From Candidatus Binatia bacterium (GTDB lineage: Bacteria > Desulfobacterota > Binatia > UBA9968), in assembly GCA_035762645.1 (NCBI GenBank), contig DASTOD010000567.1:1-54852 (forward strand): a DNA stretch of 54,852 nt, written 5' to 3'. The position numbers and the translations under genes are program-made. A model generated the notes under the pieces. The model made no database searches, had not been told where the DNA came from, and saw only the letters and a program-made list of their open reading frames with translations. Shown here piece after piece: positions 17,122-27,041 of the stretch (positions are counted from its first letter, which is position 1; every line of letters starts with the position of its first letter).

Positions 17122-17994
17122 TCACACGGTTCTAGGTTCGATGGCCGGAACGGGTTGGGTTTTGGTTTCATCGGTAACGTCTACTTGGTCTTCACGAATT
17201 GTCCCACTTTCCGTTTGTGGGGACGGATCAGCCGAGGGAATATCACGCATTTCGGTGGGTATCCCTCCTCCCGAATGATGTGCCGGATCTCGTGTTGGGT
17301 CACTTGTCTCTCGTGGTGTTTCATTGCTTCTTCCTCCTTCTTTGAGCACCCAGCAAAAGTCTGGGAACTCCTTCCATTCGGATTCGAGTGTGCGTGCGGC
17401 AATCACGTCGTACGGAACAAACAATTTCAAAGGTAGATGGCAACTGCACACGCTGCACGTGTGAATCCTATCCTCGCCGTTCACGCGCAGTCCCATCCTC
17501 AGTTTCTCGCGACGTTGGTCGTGGATTGCCTTCGCAACGAAAGCTGTAAGTTTCGCCACGAAATGCCCCTCCTGGTTCTTCGGGCATTGAAGACAGACAT
17601 CCGCACGTGCCTGGGCCAGTTCCTGAGCTACGGGCTGGCCGCCTGATCCCAGCCAATCAATGATGATCTTACTTCCGACCGCCGCATGTCTTGCACTTCG
17701 GACGATGTGACTCGCGCTCTGTTTGAGCGTTTGCCACCCCGACGTGTTTTTTTTTGACTCACACCAGCGAGGGTCAAAGCCCAGCCGTTCGCAGGTGAAA
17801 GCGTCCAGTTCTTCGCCGATGGCATACAGATCCGTCGGCATGAGGTTGTTTCCAATGCGATAATCGCGAATGCGCTTGCACTGGTCGTTGAAGCCGTACG
17901 TCAGGCCGTCAAACTTGTGAACGGCGCCATCGGCCTTCTTCTGTTCGAAAGGAAAGCCGCCCGGGGGCATCGTGTTTCGAGTGATGAGGGACAT
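17122..17994 (-). CDS. Cys-rich hypothetical protein (290 aa)
   Basis: ATG start. CLQCP and CSVCSCH clusters suggest metal binding. Confidence 0.6.
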   Translation of the reverse strand: MSLITRNTMPPGGFPFEQKKADGAVHKFDGLTYGFNDQCKRIRDYRIGNNLMPTDLYAIGEELDAFTCERLGFDPRWCESKKNTSGWQTLKQSASHIVRSARHAAVGSKIIIDWLGSGGQPVAQELAQARADVCLQCPKNQEGHFVAKLTAFVAKAIHDQRREKLRMGLRVNGEDRIHTCSVCSCHLPLKLFVPYDVIAARTLESEWKEFPDFCWVLKEGGRSNETPRETSDPTRDPAHHSGGGIPTEMRDIPSADPSPQTESGTIREDQVDVTDETKTQPVPAIEPRTV

Positions 17995-17997
17995 AGG

Positions 17998-18411
17998 CTA
18001 GGGTCCGGTTTCTTGGCCCACTGTATCGGCGAGAGTGATGCAATCGTCAATGCGAACGTAACAGCAACTTTCCTGCGGTTCTTCGTCCTCAGACAACACA
18101 TCAAAAATCTGTCCGCATTTACGGCAGGTGAAGTGACTTCCCTGATTGTAATACCCCTGCAAACCGCATTTTGGGCAGCAAAGAACTGCGATGTCTTCAG
18201 GCGGACGGCCATCCGCAAGAGCCTCCTGGACCATCGGGTCTTTCCAGATGTCGAACTTGTTTTCGCGCGCGGCGGTTTCGTCGCGAACGAAAGCATTCCA
18301 AGCGGTATCGAATGGCATCAGACACTTTCGGCGAATGTTGCCGATATTCCCTGATGTGATCTCTTGTGAATCCAGCCACGTGAGGAGTTCCTGTTTGAGG
18401 ATGTCAGTCAT
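17998..18411 (-). CDS. zinc-ribbon protein (137 aa)
   Basis: ATG 18411 (MTDILKQ...) chosen, because the longer track ORF would run through the tRNA-like element. Contains CCPKCG...CRKCG. Confidence 0.6.
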   Translation of the reverse strand: MTDILKQELLTWLDSQEITSGNIGNIRRKCLMPFDTAWNAFVRDETAARENKFDIWKDPMVQEALADGRPPEDIAVLCCPKCGLQGYYNQGSHFTCRKCGQIFDVLSEDEEPQESCCYVRIDDCITLADTVGQETGP

Positions 18412-18419
18412 GAGAGCGG

Positions 18420-18492
18420 TGGACGGGGAGGGAGTCGAACCCTCATTGGCAACCTCATTAAGCACGTGCGCCTTCCGTTGGCAGACCCGCCC
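18420..18492 (-). tRNA. tRNA-like element with canonical acceptor, D and T arms but a non-canonical anticodon arm
   Basis: The reverse complement reads GGGCGGG-TC-TGCC-AACGGAA-GGCG-...-GAGGG-TTCGACT-CCCTC-CCCGTCC-A. The acceptor stem has 7 bp (one G-U), the D stem 4 bp and the T stem 5 bp with a TTCGACT loop. The best anticodon fold is CGTGC/TTAATGA/GGTTG, which has two internal mismatches. It fills the 89-nt gap between two CDSs. Confidence 0.45.
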
Positions 18493-18500
18493 ACTCAAAA

Positions 18501-19031
18501 TCATTCACCGATAAGCTGCGGGAAGAACAACTGGCCGGCCTGCTCGAAAATCTGCCGGGCCTGTTTGACTTCCTGAGCGTTCTTCCCGTGGCGTTCGGCG
18601 ATCACCTTGAACCAGCCGAACTGGTAGTCATGCTTGCGCAGAGTGATCTTCGGACGATGCAGATCATCAGTGATCGCCACGCCATCAGATTTCGTCGAAA
18701 CCTGAATGTGATGCAGTTCGTGATCAAGCAACGCCTTTTGCTCCTCCTCCGACGCCTCTTCCCACCATTCGCCATCCAGGGCGATTTCAGCGTCGCCACG
18801 GCCAAGCGCGCGTTCCTTCAGGGCGATCTTCTTCGCGATGCCCAGCGCGCGGACACCATGCAATTTCAAGGCGTCGTTCTTGGGCTTGTCCTCTTCGTCG
18901 TAGTCAGGATACGCGAAGACAAAGTCGATACGGACCTTGGCGTCCAGAAGAGGTTTGTGGGATTCGAATTCACACAGGATTTCATTGGCGAGATCACTGA
19001 CTGCCTTGGGGCACCGTTGGAAGGTTGGCAT
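18501..19031 (-). CDS. putative phage metallopeptidase (HExxH)
   Basis: 176 aa with the LDHELHHIQ zinc motif. The layout resembles the 'putative phage metallopeptidase' family often found beside terminase genes. This is from recall. Confidence 0.65.
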   Translation of the reverse strand: MPTFQRCPKAVSDLANEILCEFESHKPLLDAKVRIDFVFAYPDYDEEDKPKNDALKLHGVRALGIAKKIALKERALGRGDAEIALDGEWWEEASEEEQKALLDHELHHIQVSTKSDGVAITDDLHRPKITLRKHDYQFGWFKVIAERHGKNAQEVKQARQIFEQAGQLFFPQLIGE

Positions 19032-19037
19032 AAGGTT

Positions 19038-20831
19038 TTATGAAAAGGTTAATTGTTGATTTGCGATTAAATTTTGAGTTTTTTCCTCCTCTTTGGCAAG
19101 AAAATTGTCCGGGTCAGATTCGAAGACACCGATCATCCTCGAAATCTGGAAGCCCAGCCGGCGTGCTCCCTCAATCGCCGTGGCCAGCCAATCGAACAGG
19201 TCCGGCGAACGGCCGACACGCTCTTTCATGTCCTTTTTGGGTTCAACCTGGATTTTGTTGCCACGGCATTCCACCCATTCGCGCAGGCAGCCTTCCTCCA
19301 TCACATCAGGAGGGAGTCCACGCATCTGGCCGGCCTCGATGGTGTAGCGGACTGAGTACCAGAGTTCGGTGACAAAATTGGCATACTTTTCGTGACACAG
19401 AACGAGCCTCTTTTCTCCGGTTCTAGGGTCGATCATGAATGTGTCATTGGTGACCGGACGCGCGCTGGCGGATCCACCGAACTCCACCGGGTTGACCTTG
19501 GGGCTCCAGAGCCGTCCGAACGATGTTCCGAGCGAACCACGACCGGTCGCGTCGTGGAACACGTTCTCGGGCGGGATGTCCAGGGAGATACAATCGTCGC
19601 GGACCCAGGTCGCGATCTGGTCCTCTGGGGTGACTCCGTTGCCAATCTCAATCGGGATGATCTTTTGACGCGGAACGTAAAGAATCAGGTTGCCCTCGGG
19701 GTCCGGTCCAAATTCGATGTGGCCGGCGACGCAACGGTCCCCTCCGACGTTCCCGTAAGCGGCGTCAATCGCGTAGACCTTCGTGCGCATCGTTCCCAGC
19801 CATTCGGGCTCGCGTTCGGCGCCGTGTTGCTTGCACAGGTCGGCCGTGATGACCTTCCGGGCAATCAGACCCGTGATTCGGGCACCCTTGCACTGCGACC
19901 AGAACTCAGCGGAGTTTGGACCGTAATCCCGCAAGGTGGCTTCGATCGTGTCCGGCCTCGTGAGGTAGGGGAAACGGATCTCTCCCGGATGATCGAAGTT
20001 GGGACTGTCCGTGCCAATGAGATTGACACACGCCCCGCGGAACTTTCGGGTTTTCCAGACGCTTGTTTTTTCAGGAATCGGGTGTTTGTGCCAGCCGCAT
20101 TCCGGCTCCGCGACGATGTCCAGGGGATCACCCAGGCCGAGAGGGTTGCCGAGGAACACTGCCTTGAAATCGGGATTGTTTCGAAGGTTGGCAATGGCTC
20201 CCAGGAAGCTCGAAGACATGAACTGGCACTCATCCGCGAACAGACGCACGCGATTGTTCTTGGCGCCGGCGTATCTTCCGAGTCCCTTGAACTGGCCACG
20301 GTCGGAAAGACAGGGAATGCAGATCATTCCCTGCCGAAGATCCCTGACTTGACCTGAACCGGCTTGCTGAGTGGAAACAGCGTGCAAATAGTCGATGACC
20401 GTCCCCGGGAAGTGTTCATCATGTTCGAAGGCGCGTTCCCAAAGCGATTTGAGCGCACCCCAGACCCGCAACTCCAGACCTCGAACGTCCGTGCTACTGA
20501 TGAGTGTCAGCGTTTCGTCGGGGAAACAGGCGTAATCGGTGAGCCCGATCTTCGCGACCGTGTAGGTCTTGCTCGAACTGGCGGCACCCATCACCGTCAG
20601 GTACTGGTTTTCGAGGTAGTTTTTGAGGATGAGATCCGCCCAGCGATGTTCGTCGTCCTCGGGCCACCAGATTTTCCACAGCTCCTTGTAATGGTGGAAT
20701 AGACCTTTGCCGCACAGCGTGCCGTTACCGTCGCGCCAGTAGCCTCCTTTGGCGATGCAGGATTTCTCAATCTCGATGGTATCGTCGTCCGCCCAGAGCG
20801 CGCCGTATCGGATGAACTTACCAGTTTTCAC
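19038..20831 (-). CDS. terL: terminase large subunit
   Basis: 597 aa. Walker A is GAASSSKT and Walker B is RLFADECQF, followed by a nuclease-sized C-terminal half. GTG start. Confidence 0.85.
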   Translation of the reverse strand: MKTGKFIRYGALWADDDTIEIEKSCIAKGGYWRDGNGTLCGKGLFHHYKELWKIWWPEDDEHRWADLILKNYLENQYLTVMGAASSSKTYTVAKIGLTDYACFPDETLTLISSTDVRGLELRVWGALKSLWERAFEHDEHFPGTVIDYLHAVSTQQAGSGQVRDLRQGMICIPCLSDRGQFKGLGRYAGAKNNRVRLFADECQFMSSSFLGAIANLRNNPDFKAVFLGNPLGLGDPLDIVAEPECGWHKHPIPEKTSVWKTRKFRGACVNLIGTDSPNFDHPGEIRFPYLTRPDTIEATLRDYGPNSAEFWSQCKGARITGLIARKVITADLCKQHGAEREPEWLGTMRTKVYAIDAAYGNVGGDRCVAGHIEFGPDPEGNLILYVPRQKIIPIEIGNGVTPEDQIATWVRDDCISLDIPPENVFHDATGRGSLGTSFGRLWSPKVNPVEFGGSASARPVTNDTFMIDPRTGEKRLVLCHEKYANFVTELWYSVRYTIEAGQMRGLPPDVMEEGCLREWVECRGNKIQVEPKKDMKERVGRSPDLFDWLATAIEGARRLGFQISRMIGVFESDPDNFLAKEEEKTQNLIANQQLTFS

Positions 20832-20882
20832 GCTTGATGTCTCTGGGGGTTATGCCTACGTTCGCGACAGACTGCAAATCCT

Positions 20883-21845
20883 ATGACACCAGCCAACTGC
20901 TGCAGCCCTTGCCCGGAGTCGGAGGTAATCAACACGCCTGGTTTAGAAGGCGATCCAGGAACCGACGGCACCGACGGTTCAAATGGGGCAAACGCTTATA
21001 CTTTCACCACGGCCGACTTTCTAATGCCAGCCGCCTCTGGCCTGGAGACGATCCAGGTCGTTTCGACCGATTGGATGGTTGTCGGACAGCCGATTTTCAT
21101 TCAAGTCGCCGGGTTCATGCGGGTCAACTCCATCATCGACGTCAACAATGTCGAGGTTGAGAACGTCAATTTCGAGAACAATGCCGCGGGCGGGACCAAC
21201 ATCCCCAGTGGCAGTGGGGTGAGCCCAGGTGGGGAACAACCCGATGTCAGCGGCTTTGCGCAGTCAGGGGCCAATACGGACATCACCAGCCTCGGAGGGC
21301 TTACGACGCCCCTGTCTGTCGCACAAGGGGGAACTGGCGGTGCAACGGCGGCGGCCGCGCGCTCGAATCTCGGTCTGAACCGTTGCCCCCAGGATTTCAT
21401 TGAACTGGAGGAACAACAGGCGGCGGGCACGGATGCCGGGGATTTCCTGCTGGGTGCCTGGCGCACGCGGGACATCAATACCGAGGTGGTCGATACAGGG
21501 GGCCATGCGGCGCTTCTGGGGGCTGGCCAATTCAGTCTTTCAGCGGGAACGTACCGTGTTTGGGGTTGTACCACTGGCTTCAAAGTGGCTGGATTCGTCT
21601 GTCGGCTCCAAAATATAACCGATGCAACAACAGCGTTGGTGGGTTCTGCTGAATCATCCGCCGCGGCCGATAATGTCCAAACGAAATCTTTCGTATCTGG
21701 ACGGTTTACAATCGGCGGCACAAAAACATTCGAACTGCAGGCACAATCCATTGCTTCCCAACCTGGCAATGGGGCTGGCGATGCAGCCAATCTCGGCGTC
21801 GTTGAAGTTTATTCGATCCTTCGAATCGAACGTGAAGCCGGATGA
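20883..21845 (+). CDS. tail fibre protein
   Basis: Short collagen-like GDPGTDGTDGSNG near the N-terminus. It also has TDITSLGGLTTPLSVAQGGTGGATAAAARSNLGL, a motif common in phage tail fibres. Confidence 0.7.
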   Translation: MTPANCCSPCPESEVINTPGLEGDPGTDGTDGSNGANAYTFTTADFLMPAASGLETIQVVSTDWMVVGQPIFIQVAGFMRVNSIIDVNNVEVENVNFENNAAGGTNIPSGSGVSPGGEQPDVSGFAQSGANTDITSLGGLTTPLSVAQGGTGGATAAAARSNLGLNRCPQDFIELEEQQAAGTDAGDFLLGAWRTRDINTEVVDTGGHAALLGAGQFSLSAGTYRVWGCTTGFKVAGFVCRLQNITDATTALVGSAESSAAADNVQTKSFVSGRFTIGGTKTFELQAQSIASQPGNGAGDAANLGVVEVYSILRIEREAG

Positions 21846-21880
21846 TCACCCAGGTAGGCGCTGAACTGGTGTTTTGAACC

Positions 21881-24001
21881 ATGGCACGCTCCCGGGATTC
21901 CAATGACCTTTTTGACGGCCTGACGACCTTCGAGGGAGGCGTCAATTCCGGCGTTGTTCCTTCGCTTGTTCGGCATAACCAGCTTCATCAGGCATTCAAT
22001 GCTTCGCTGCGTGGCGGTTACATCGCTCCGCGCTCCATGTTTCGCCAGCGCACACTGGACTTCGACGGGAACTCCGTGCTCGAAACACGCTTTCGTCAGG
22101 GCCGCTGGCAAGGGGCGGAAACCTACCGATCCGATAGCGGTCATATTTCCCTGATTGCCGTCATCAATGGGCGAGTGTTCCGGATTGACCCAACCGGTAA
22201 CTCCTACAAGGTGATGGAGATCACGCCTATCATTCAGACGTTGACGACGGTCGCCTTCGTCGCGCCAGCGGTGGGAGCCGTGGTCGCCATCACCGTCAGT
22301 GATACGTCCAATTTCAAGGCTGGATACGAAATCGAGATTTTCGGAAAAAACTACGTCATTGAGTCCATAACCGGTCCAACGGACATGACGGTCCGAAATG
22401 TCGATGAGATCGCCGGTACGATCGTACCCAGTGGCACACCGGTTATTCGCTGGGACGTGAATCCGGCCAGCCGTCCGCACGCGTGGCTCTGGCAATCCGA
22501 GAAGTGGATGATCGTGAATGACGGCCAAAGCGTTCCCATCTTCTTCGACGGCGCTACAGCAAGGAGATCCCGACCGCTGTCGGGTGAACTCACCGCCGGG
22601 CGAATGGGAGTCTACTGGAAGGGGCGTAACTGGTGGGTTAATCCGGACGGACTCACCTTCCGAGCCGGAGACGCCGTGTACTCGAGCAGTGGCACCATCG
22701 GCGAAAACAAGCGCGATGCGGTCCTGAAACAGACTCAAAACACCTTCCTGACGACGGGTCAATTCTCGGTTCCGACGAACGCGGGGGAGATTCTCGCCAT
22801 GCGCGACGTTGCTAATCTTGACGTCAGCCTCGGGCAAGGTCCGCTGCAGGTTCTCACCGCGACGACGATCTTCAACTGCGACGCGCCGGCCGATGAAACC
22901 CAGTGGCAAGCGACGAGTAATGTCCTGTTAAGTGTCAGTCAGGTCGACGGGGGAGGGCTTTCACAGTACTCGACGGTCGTGGCCAACGGGGATCTTTTCT
23001 ACCGGAGTTTCCCTGGAATTCAGACGCTGATCCTCGGACGTCGGGATTTCCAGCAACGCTGGGGAAACAAACCCATCAGCCGGGAGATGAACAGCATCCT
23101 AAAGACGGACAATCCCGCACTGCTGGATTTTTCGACGGCGCTGAAGTTCGACAACCGGCTGCTGATGAGCACGCAGCCGACGGTCTCCGATCGAGGCGTG
23201 TATCACCGCGGATTGATCTCCCTGGACTTCGACATCCTGTCCACGTTGCAGGGGAGCACCCCTCCCGTCTATGACGGTGCGTGGAGCGGCCTGCAGACGC
23301 TTCAGATGGTCAAGGGCACCTTCGGAGTCGTCGAGCGCGCGTTTTCATTCAGCCTGAATGCCGGACTGATCGACCTCTTCGAAATCATGCCCTGGGAAAA
23401 GGAGTTCGAGGACACCAACGATGGGCAACCCTATCCGGTCGTCTGGTCCTTCGAGACTGGAGATCTGTTCAATCGTACCGGCCCGGAAGGTTTTGAACTG
23501 GTTCGATTGCAGGACGGTGAAATCTACGTTGAAGACGTTCGAGGCAGAGTCGACATCCGGGTGTTCTATTATCCGGACACGCACCCATGCCCGATTTTCT
23601 GGCACGGGTGGTCCGTGTGCTCCGAACAGGCCGAATGCCTGCCGGACCCATTTACCTGTCTCAGTGTGCTTAATCCCCAACCGCAATACCGTGTGCGCAT
23701 GGGGTTTGGTGAACCCAAAAATGACTGCGATCCGATCACGAACAAACTGTTCAGGGACTTCTATACCTGTCGGCTCAGGATCGTCATTCAGGGATGGTGC
23801 AAGGTCACCGGCATCAAACTGCGCGCGGCGAAGCTGTACGAATCCCGGATGGCCCCGGTCATGTGCCAGTCTCCAGAGTGTGATCTGTTGCCGACTGAAC
23901 CGGAGCCGGGGCTGGAGGAAAACATCGTCGACGCCTGGTTGACCGATACAAACGATTACATCACCATCGACGAGGATGAGTATTTTCAGATAGCCCCTTA
24001 A
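21881..24001 (+). CDS. large virion or tail structural protein (706 aa)
   Basis: Long ORF in the tail block. No motif-level assignment. Confidence 0.55.
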   Translation: MARSRDSNDLFDGLTTFEGGVNSGVVPSLVRHNQLHQAFNASLRGGYIAPRSMFRQRTLDFDGNSVLETRFRQGRWQGAETYRSDSGHISLIAVINGRVFRIDPTGNSYKVMEITPIIQTLTTVAFVAPAVGAVVAITVSDTSNFKAGYEIEIFGKNYVIESITGPTDMTVRNVDEIAGTIVPSGTPVIRWDVNPASRPHAWLWQSEKWMIVNDGQSVPIFFDGATARRSRPLSGELTAGRMGVYWKGRNWWVNPDGLTFRAGDAVYSSSGTIGENKRDAVLKQTQNTFLTTGQFSVPTNAGEILAMRDVANLDVSLGQGPLQVLTATTIFNCDAPADETQWQATSNVLLSVSQVDGGGLSQYSTVVANGDLFYRSFPGIQTLILGRRDFQQRWGNKPISREMNSILKTDNPALLDFSTALKFDNRLLMSTQPTVSDRGVYHRGLISLDFDILSTLQGSTPPVYDGAWSGLQTLQMVKGTFGVVERAFSFSLNAGLIDLFEIMPWEKEFEDTNDGQPYPVVWSFETGDLFNRTGPEGFELVRLQDGEIYVEDVRGRVDIRVFYYPDTHPCPIFWHGWSVCSEQAECLPDPFTCLSVLNPQPQYRVRMGFGEPKNDCDPITNKLFRDFYTCRLRIVIQGWCKVTGIKLRAAKLYESRMAPVMCQSPECDLLPTEPEPGLEENIVDAWLTDTNDYITIDEDEYFQIAP

Positions 24002-24011
24002 AAGGAACCTT

Positions 24012-24572
24012 ATGGCACTCCAAGGAAAAAGAATCAATCAACTGGCGGTCGCCGCAACGTCGATCGAGGACGACGATCTGTTCGGCATAGACCAGGACAT
24101 CGGCGGCGGAGTCTTTCAGACTAAAAAAGCCAAAAGGAAATTGCTGCCCAACATTTCGATGGTCAGTCGGACCAGCGATTTGCTCCGCACCCCTGCGGCG
24201 GGGATAATTGATGATCCTGAACTCATCTTCCCGGTGATTGCGGGAGCCACCTATCTGATTCAGGGACGACTGATTTTCGTGGCTGGAGGGGGTTCCGCGG
24301 CTTACACGCGCCAGTGGATCACGCCGGCGCTCACCAGCGGCATTCTGGACTGGATTCAATTTGAGTCGGTCGCCGGGGTGGCCCATTCCTACTCGGTGGC
24401 TCCTTTCTTTCTTGCCTTCGGAAACACTGCCGGGAATGACGCCGTGCTCGAGGACCGGTTGATTATTATTCCTTCAGCCGCCGGCAATGTCGCCGTGCGG
24501 TGGGGATCCACAGTTACGGGAGTGACGATCAAAGCAGGCAGTTTCCTGCAAATTCAGAAATTCGTGCCCTGA
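24012..24572 (+). CDS. hypothetical structural protein (186 aa)
   Basis: AAAAGGAA RBS. Tail block. Confidence 0.6.
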   Translation: MALQGKRINQLAVAATSIEDDDLFGIDQDIGGGVFQTKKAKRKLLPNISMVSRTSDLLRTPAAGIIDDPELIFPVIAGATYLIQGRLIFVAGGGSAAYTRQWITPALTSGILDWIQFESVAGVAHSYSVAPFFLAFGNTAGNDAVLEDRLIIIPSAAGNVAVRWGSTVTGVTIKAGSFLQIQKFVP

Positions 24573-26467
24573 TGCCCGAACCAGGAACAATGTGTCCGGA
24601 ATGCGTCGTCCTCGACTGTTGTCCGCCGAGCGGTCTGGACGATTATCTCCTCGTTGGAGGCATCGTCCTGAACAACGAAGTGTCGGTCGTTTTCCAATGC
24701 CCTGAAGGTTACAGTTGCGCCCCGGGAACCTACCCAAAAACCATCGTAATCGAAGAAGGACGACTTCGCTGGCATCCGCCTCCGACTCCGCGTCCTCAAC
24801 CAGAATCCTACCCGATTCGGCTCCAGTGCTGCGATGGCGTGATCATTCGACAGGTGTCGGCCGGTATTACTCAAACCGCCTACGACGCTCTATTGCAGGA
24901 GATGGCCGACGAATGGGCTCGGCGGCAGGCCGGGTGTGAGGAAAAAGGTTTCCGCTCACGCCGCAAACGGCAGACCAACGACGCGCAAACGATCAACTGC
25001 CCCAATGGCGACGACTTGTTCAATGTGTCCGGCCTTCCGTTGAGCGCCTTCCTGCCAACTGCCTTCCGGATCTCCGTCGATGGCAAAGGGCTTACGGTCC
25101 TGGCGGGTGTTGTTGCGGTCGATAACACCGGAGCCAACGCCTTCCTTACGGACGCGGAGTTGAAGGCACAGGCGAATGAACAGGCATTGGCCCTAGTGAC
25201 CGCCCGGTTCAATTCCGCCATCTCGGCCGGACAACTGCAGTGCGGCGTTGTACCGGCGCCGTGCGATCTTGGGGTATCGGACAACACGATCATCGCCGCA
25301 GCCTCGGCACCAAACCCTCAACCGTTGAATGACCAACTCAGCTACAACGTTGGCATTGGGAATTACGAGTGGTTCTACCTCAACGGATTTTACAAGTCTG
25401 ACGACAATCCTTGTCCCGGCGAATTCAAAGTCACTCAGGAAACGGCGATTGTGAACGACGGAGCGAGCGTGAACAATCTGCTCCAGGGACAGCCGTATTG
25501 TGATCCCGCCGATCCAGGAGTCGTCGAGGCGGCGGCATCGAACGATCTCACACGCAGCCTGACGCTCTACCATCACCTGACTCAAATCCGGCATAGGTTT
25601 GTCGGTCAAAATCCGACTAACTTCGTCGCAGGCAGTCCAAATCCCACCTGGAGAATTCGCCGGACAAAGAAGCCGAAGATCCAACCGCCGGCGAGATTGA
25701 GAGTACGGGATTTTGCCACAGTTTTTGCACCTACTTTGGTGGGTTGCGATGGCGCGGCGAATCCAGCAGCCGAACCGGTCTGGGATGGAACCTTTCCGAA
25801 CGACGATTTTTCAGGAGTGTTCGTGAACTGGGCGTGGCGTCCGGACTTCTCCCTTGGACTGCAATTGAACGGGAAGGTCCTGAGCACTGCGACTCGGCTC
25901 TATCACAGCACGGCGGCCGAGCCGACCGCGACAGGATGTGCCTGGGTGTTGGGTGTGGATTTCGACACCGGTTTCGGTTCCTGGGTGGGATTGGGCGGAA
26001 ACGGTTACCAGCCGGCCGGCGAGTATGTCTTCAATCCCGCGGCGTCAGGCTGGAGCCTTTGCAGCCAGAAGGCCGATGCGCGCGTCGCGACCGTGGCGGC
26101 GTTGCCGGCGAACACGCGCCTTGCGAACGTGATCACGGCGAACTCGAACGGGGCTTTGCCGGCGATTGATGGGGTGAGTCTGGCGGTCAGTGACCGGATC
26201 CTATTGAAGAACGAGGCGGCCTTCGCGAATAACGGGATCTACACGGTGACCGATCTCGGAAGCGCCGGAACACCCTGGGTACTTACGCGTTCAACGGACG
26301 CCGATACATCTCCAGAGGTCACTCAGGGGATCTTCCTGCAGGTCACCCAGGGAGTTGTCAATGCGCTCGGATACTTCCGACTCGTGACGACTGGCGCCAT
26401 CACCCTGAACACGACCGGCCTGACGTTCCTGAGAATGCCTTCCTCGGTCATCGTCGAAACGTATTGA
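24572..26467 (+). CDS. hypothetical structural protein (631 aa)
   Basis: ATG 24572 overlaps the upstream TGA (TGATG). The track start at 24500 would overlap the upstream gene. Confidence 0.6.
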   Translation: MPEPGTMCPECVVLDCCPPSGLDDYLLVGGIVLNNEVSVVFQCPEGYSCAPGTYPKTIVIEEGRLRWHPPPTPRPQPESYPIRLQCCDGVIIRQVSAGITQTAYDALLQEMADEWARRQAGCEEKGFRSRRKRQTNDAQTINCPNGDDLFNVSGLPLSAFLPTAFRISVDGKGLTVLAGVVAVDNTGANAFLTDAELKAQANEQALALVTARFNSAISAGQLQCGVVPAPCDLGVSDNTIIAAASAPNPQPLNDQLSYNVGIGNYEWFYLNGFYKSDDNPCPGEFKVTQETAIVNDGASVNNLLQGQPYCDPADPGVVEAAASNDLTRSLTLYHHLTQIRHRFVGQNPTNFVAGSPNPTWRIRRTKKPKIQPPARLRVRDFATVFAPTLVGCDGAANPAAEPVWDGTFPNDDFSGVFVNWAWRPDFSLGLQLNGKVLSTATRLYHSTAAEPTATGCAWVLGVDFDTGFGSWVGLGGNGYQPAGEYVFNPAASGWSLCSQKADARVATVAALPANTRLANVITANSNGALPAIDGVSLAVSDRILLKNEAAFANNGIYTVTDLGSAGTPWVLTRSTDADTSPEVTQGIFLQVTQGVVNALGYFRLVTTGAITLNTTGLTFLRMPSSVIVETY

Positions 26468-26501
26468 ATATGCTGAGCAAACTCGCTAAACGTCGAACGT
26501 A

Positions 26502-27041
26502 ATGCCCACTCCGATTGTCATTCAGATACCCCCTCTGCCCGCCGGTTTCTGTCTGAGCCCGGTGGCGGTCCATAACCTGCTGACCCAGATCACGGGCGAG
26601 TTGCCCGGGGAATTCACGGTCTGGAACGTCGGACCCAATGAACCGAGCGTGGAGAATCGTTCGAAGCCATGGCTTAAAATTGACAGTTCCACTGGCGTCT
26701 GGACCGGCATCTTCAGTTACAGTCCGGCGTTTGGGCTCTGGCTACAGCCGCACTGGCATAACGGTGTGCCACCCTTCAATGAACGACGCCTCTTTGTGGG
26801 CAGCCTGACCGATCTGGAAACTTATGACGGTGGGTCTCCAGGAACAGTTTCGGATGTAACCGGTCCATTTTGGGAAAGAGCTACCGAGTTTGATAATAAG
26901 TGGCCTCTGGGAGTTGGAACGCTGATTCCCAATGTAGCTACAGATGCCCAAATCTTCGACGATGCTGTCCCCGGAGATCCAAAAGCACGCGGTGTATATT
27001 TCATAAAATGTACGAGTCGTCTTTATGATCGAAGTAGCTGA
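26502..27041 (+). CDS. hypothetical structural protein (179 aa)
   Basis: ATG start. The 3' end overlaps the convergent HNH gene by 19 nt. Confidence 0.6.
   Translation: MPTPIVIQIPPLPAGFCLSPVAVHNLLTQITGELPGEFTVWNVGPNEPSVENRSKPWLKIDSSTGVWTGIFSYSPAFGLWLQPHWHNGVPPFNERRLFVGSLTDLETYDGGSPGTVSDVTGPFWERATEFDNKWPLGVGTLIPNVATDAQIFDDAVPGDPKARGVYFIKCTSRLYDRSS

Noticed and set aside
18420-18492. tRNA-like element considered as a prophage attachment site (attP/attL core).
   Set aside because: No integrase or excisionase is recognisable anywhere. The element lies inside the packaging operon rather than at a genome or module boundary. No second copy of the sequence was seen in the window.
20834-21160. 108-aa + strand ORF overlapping the start of the tail fibre gene.
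   Set aside because: The Arg/His-rich translation is out of frame with the motif-bearing fibre ORF (20883..21845).
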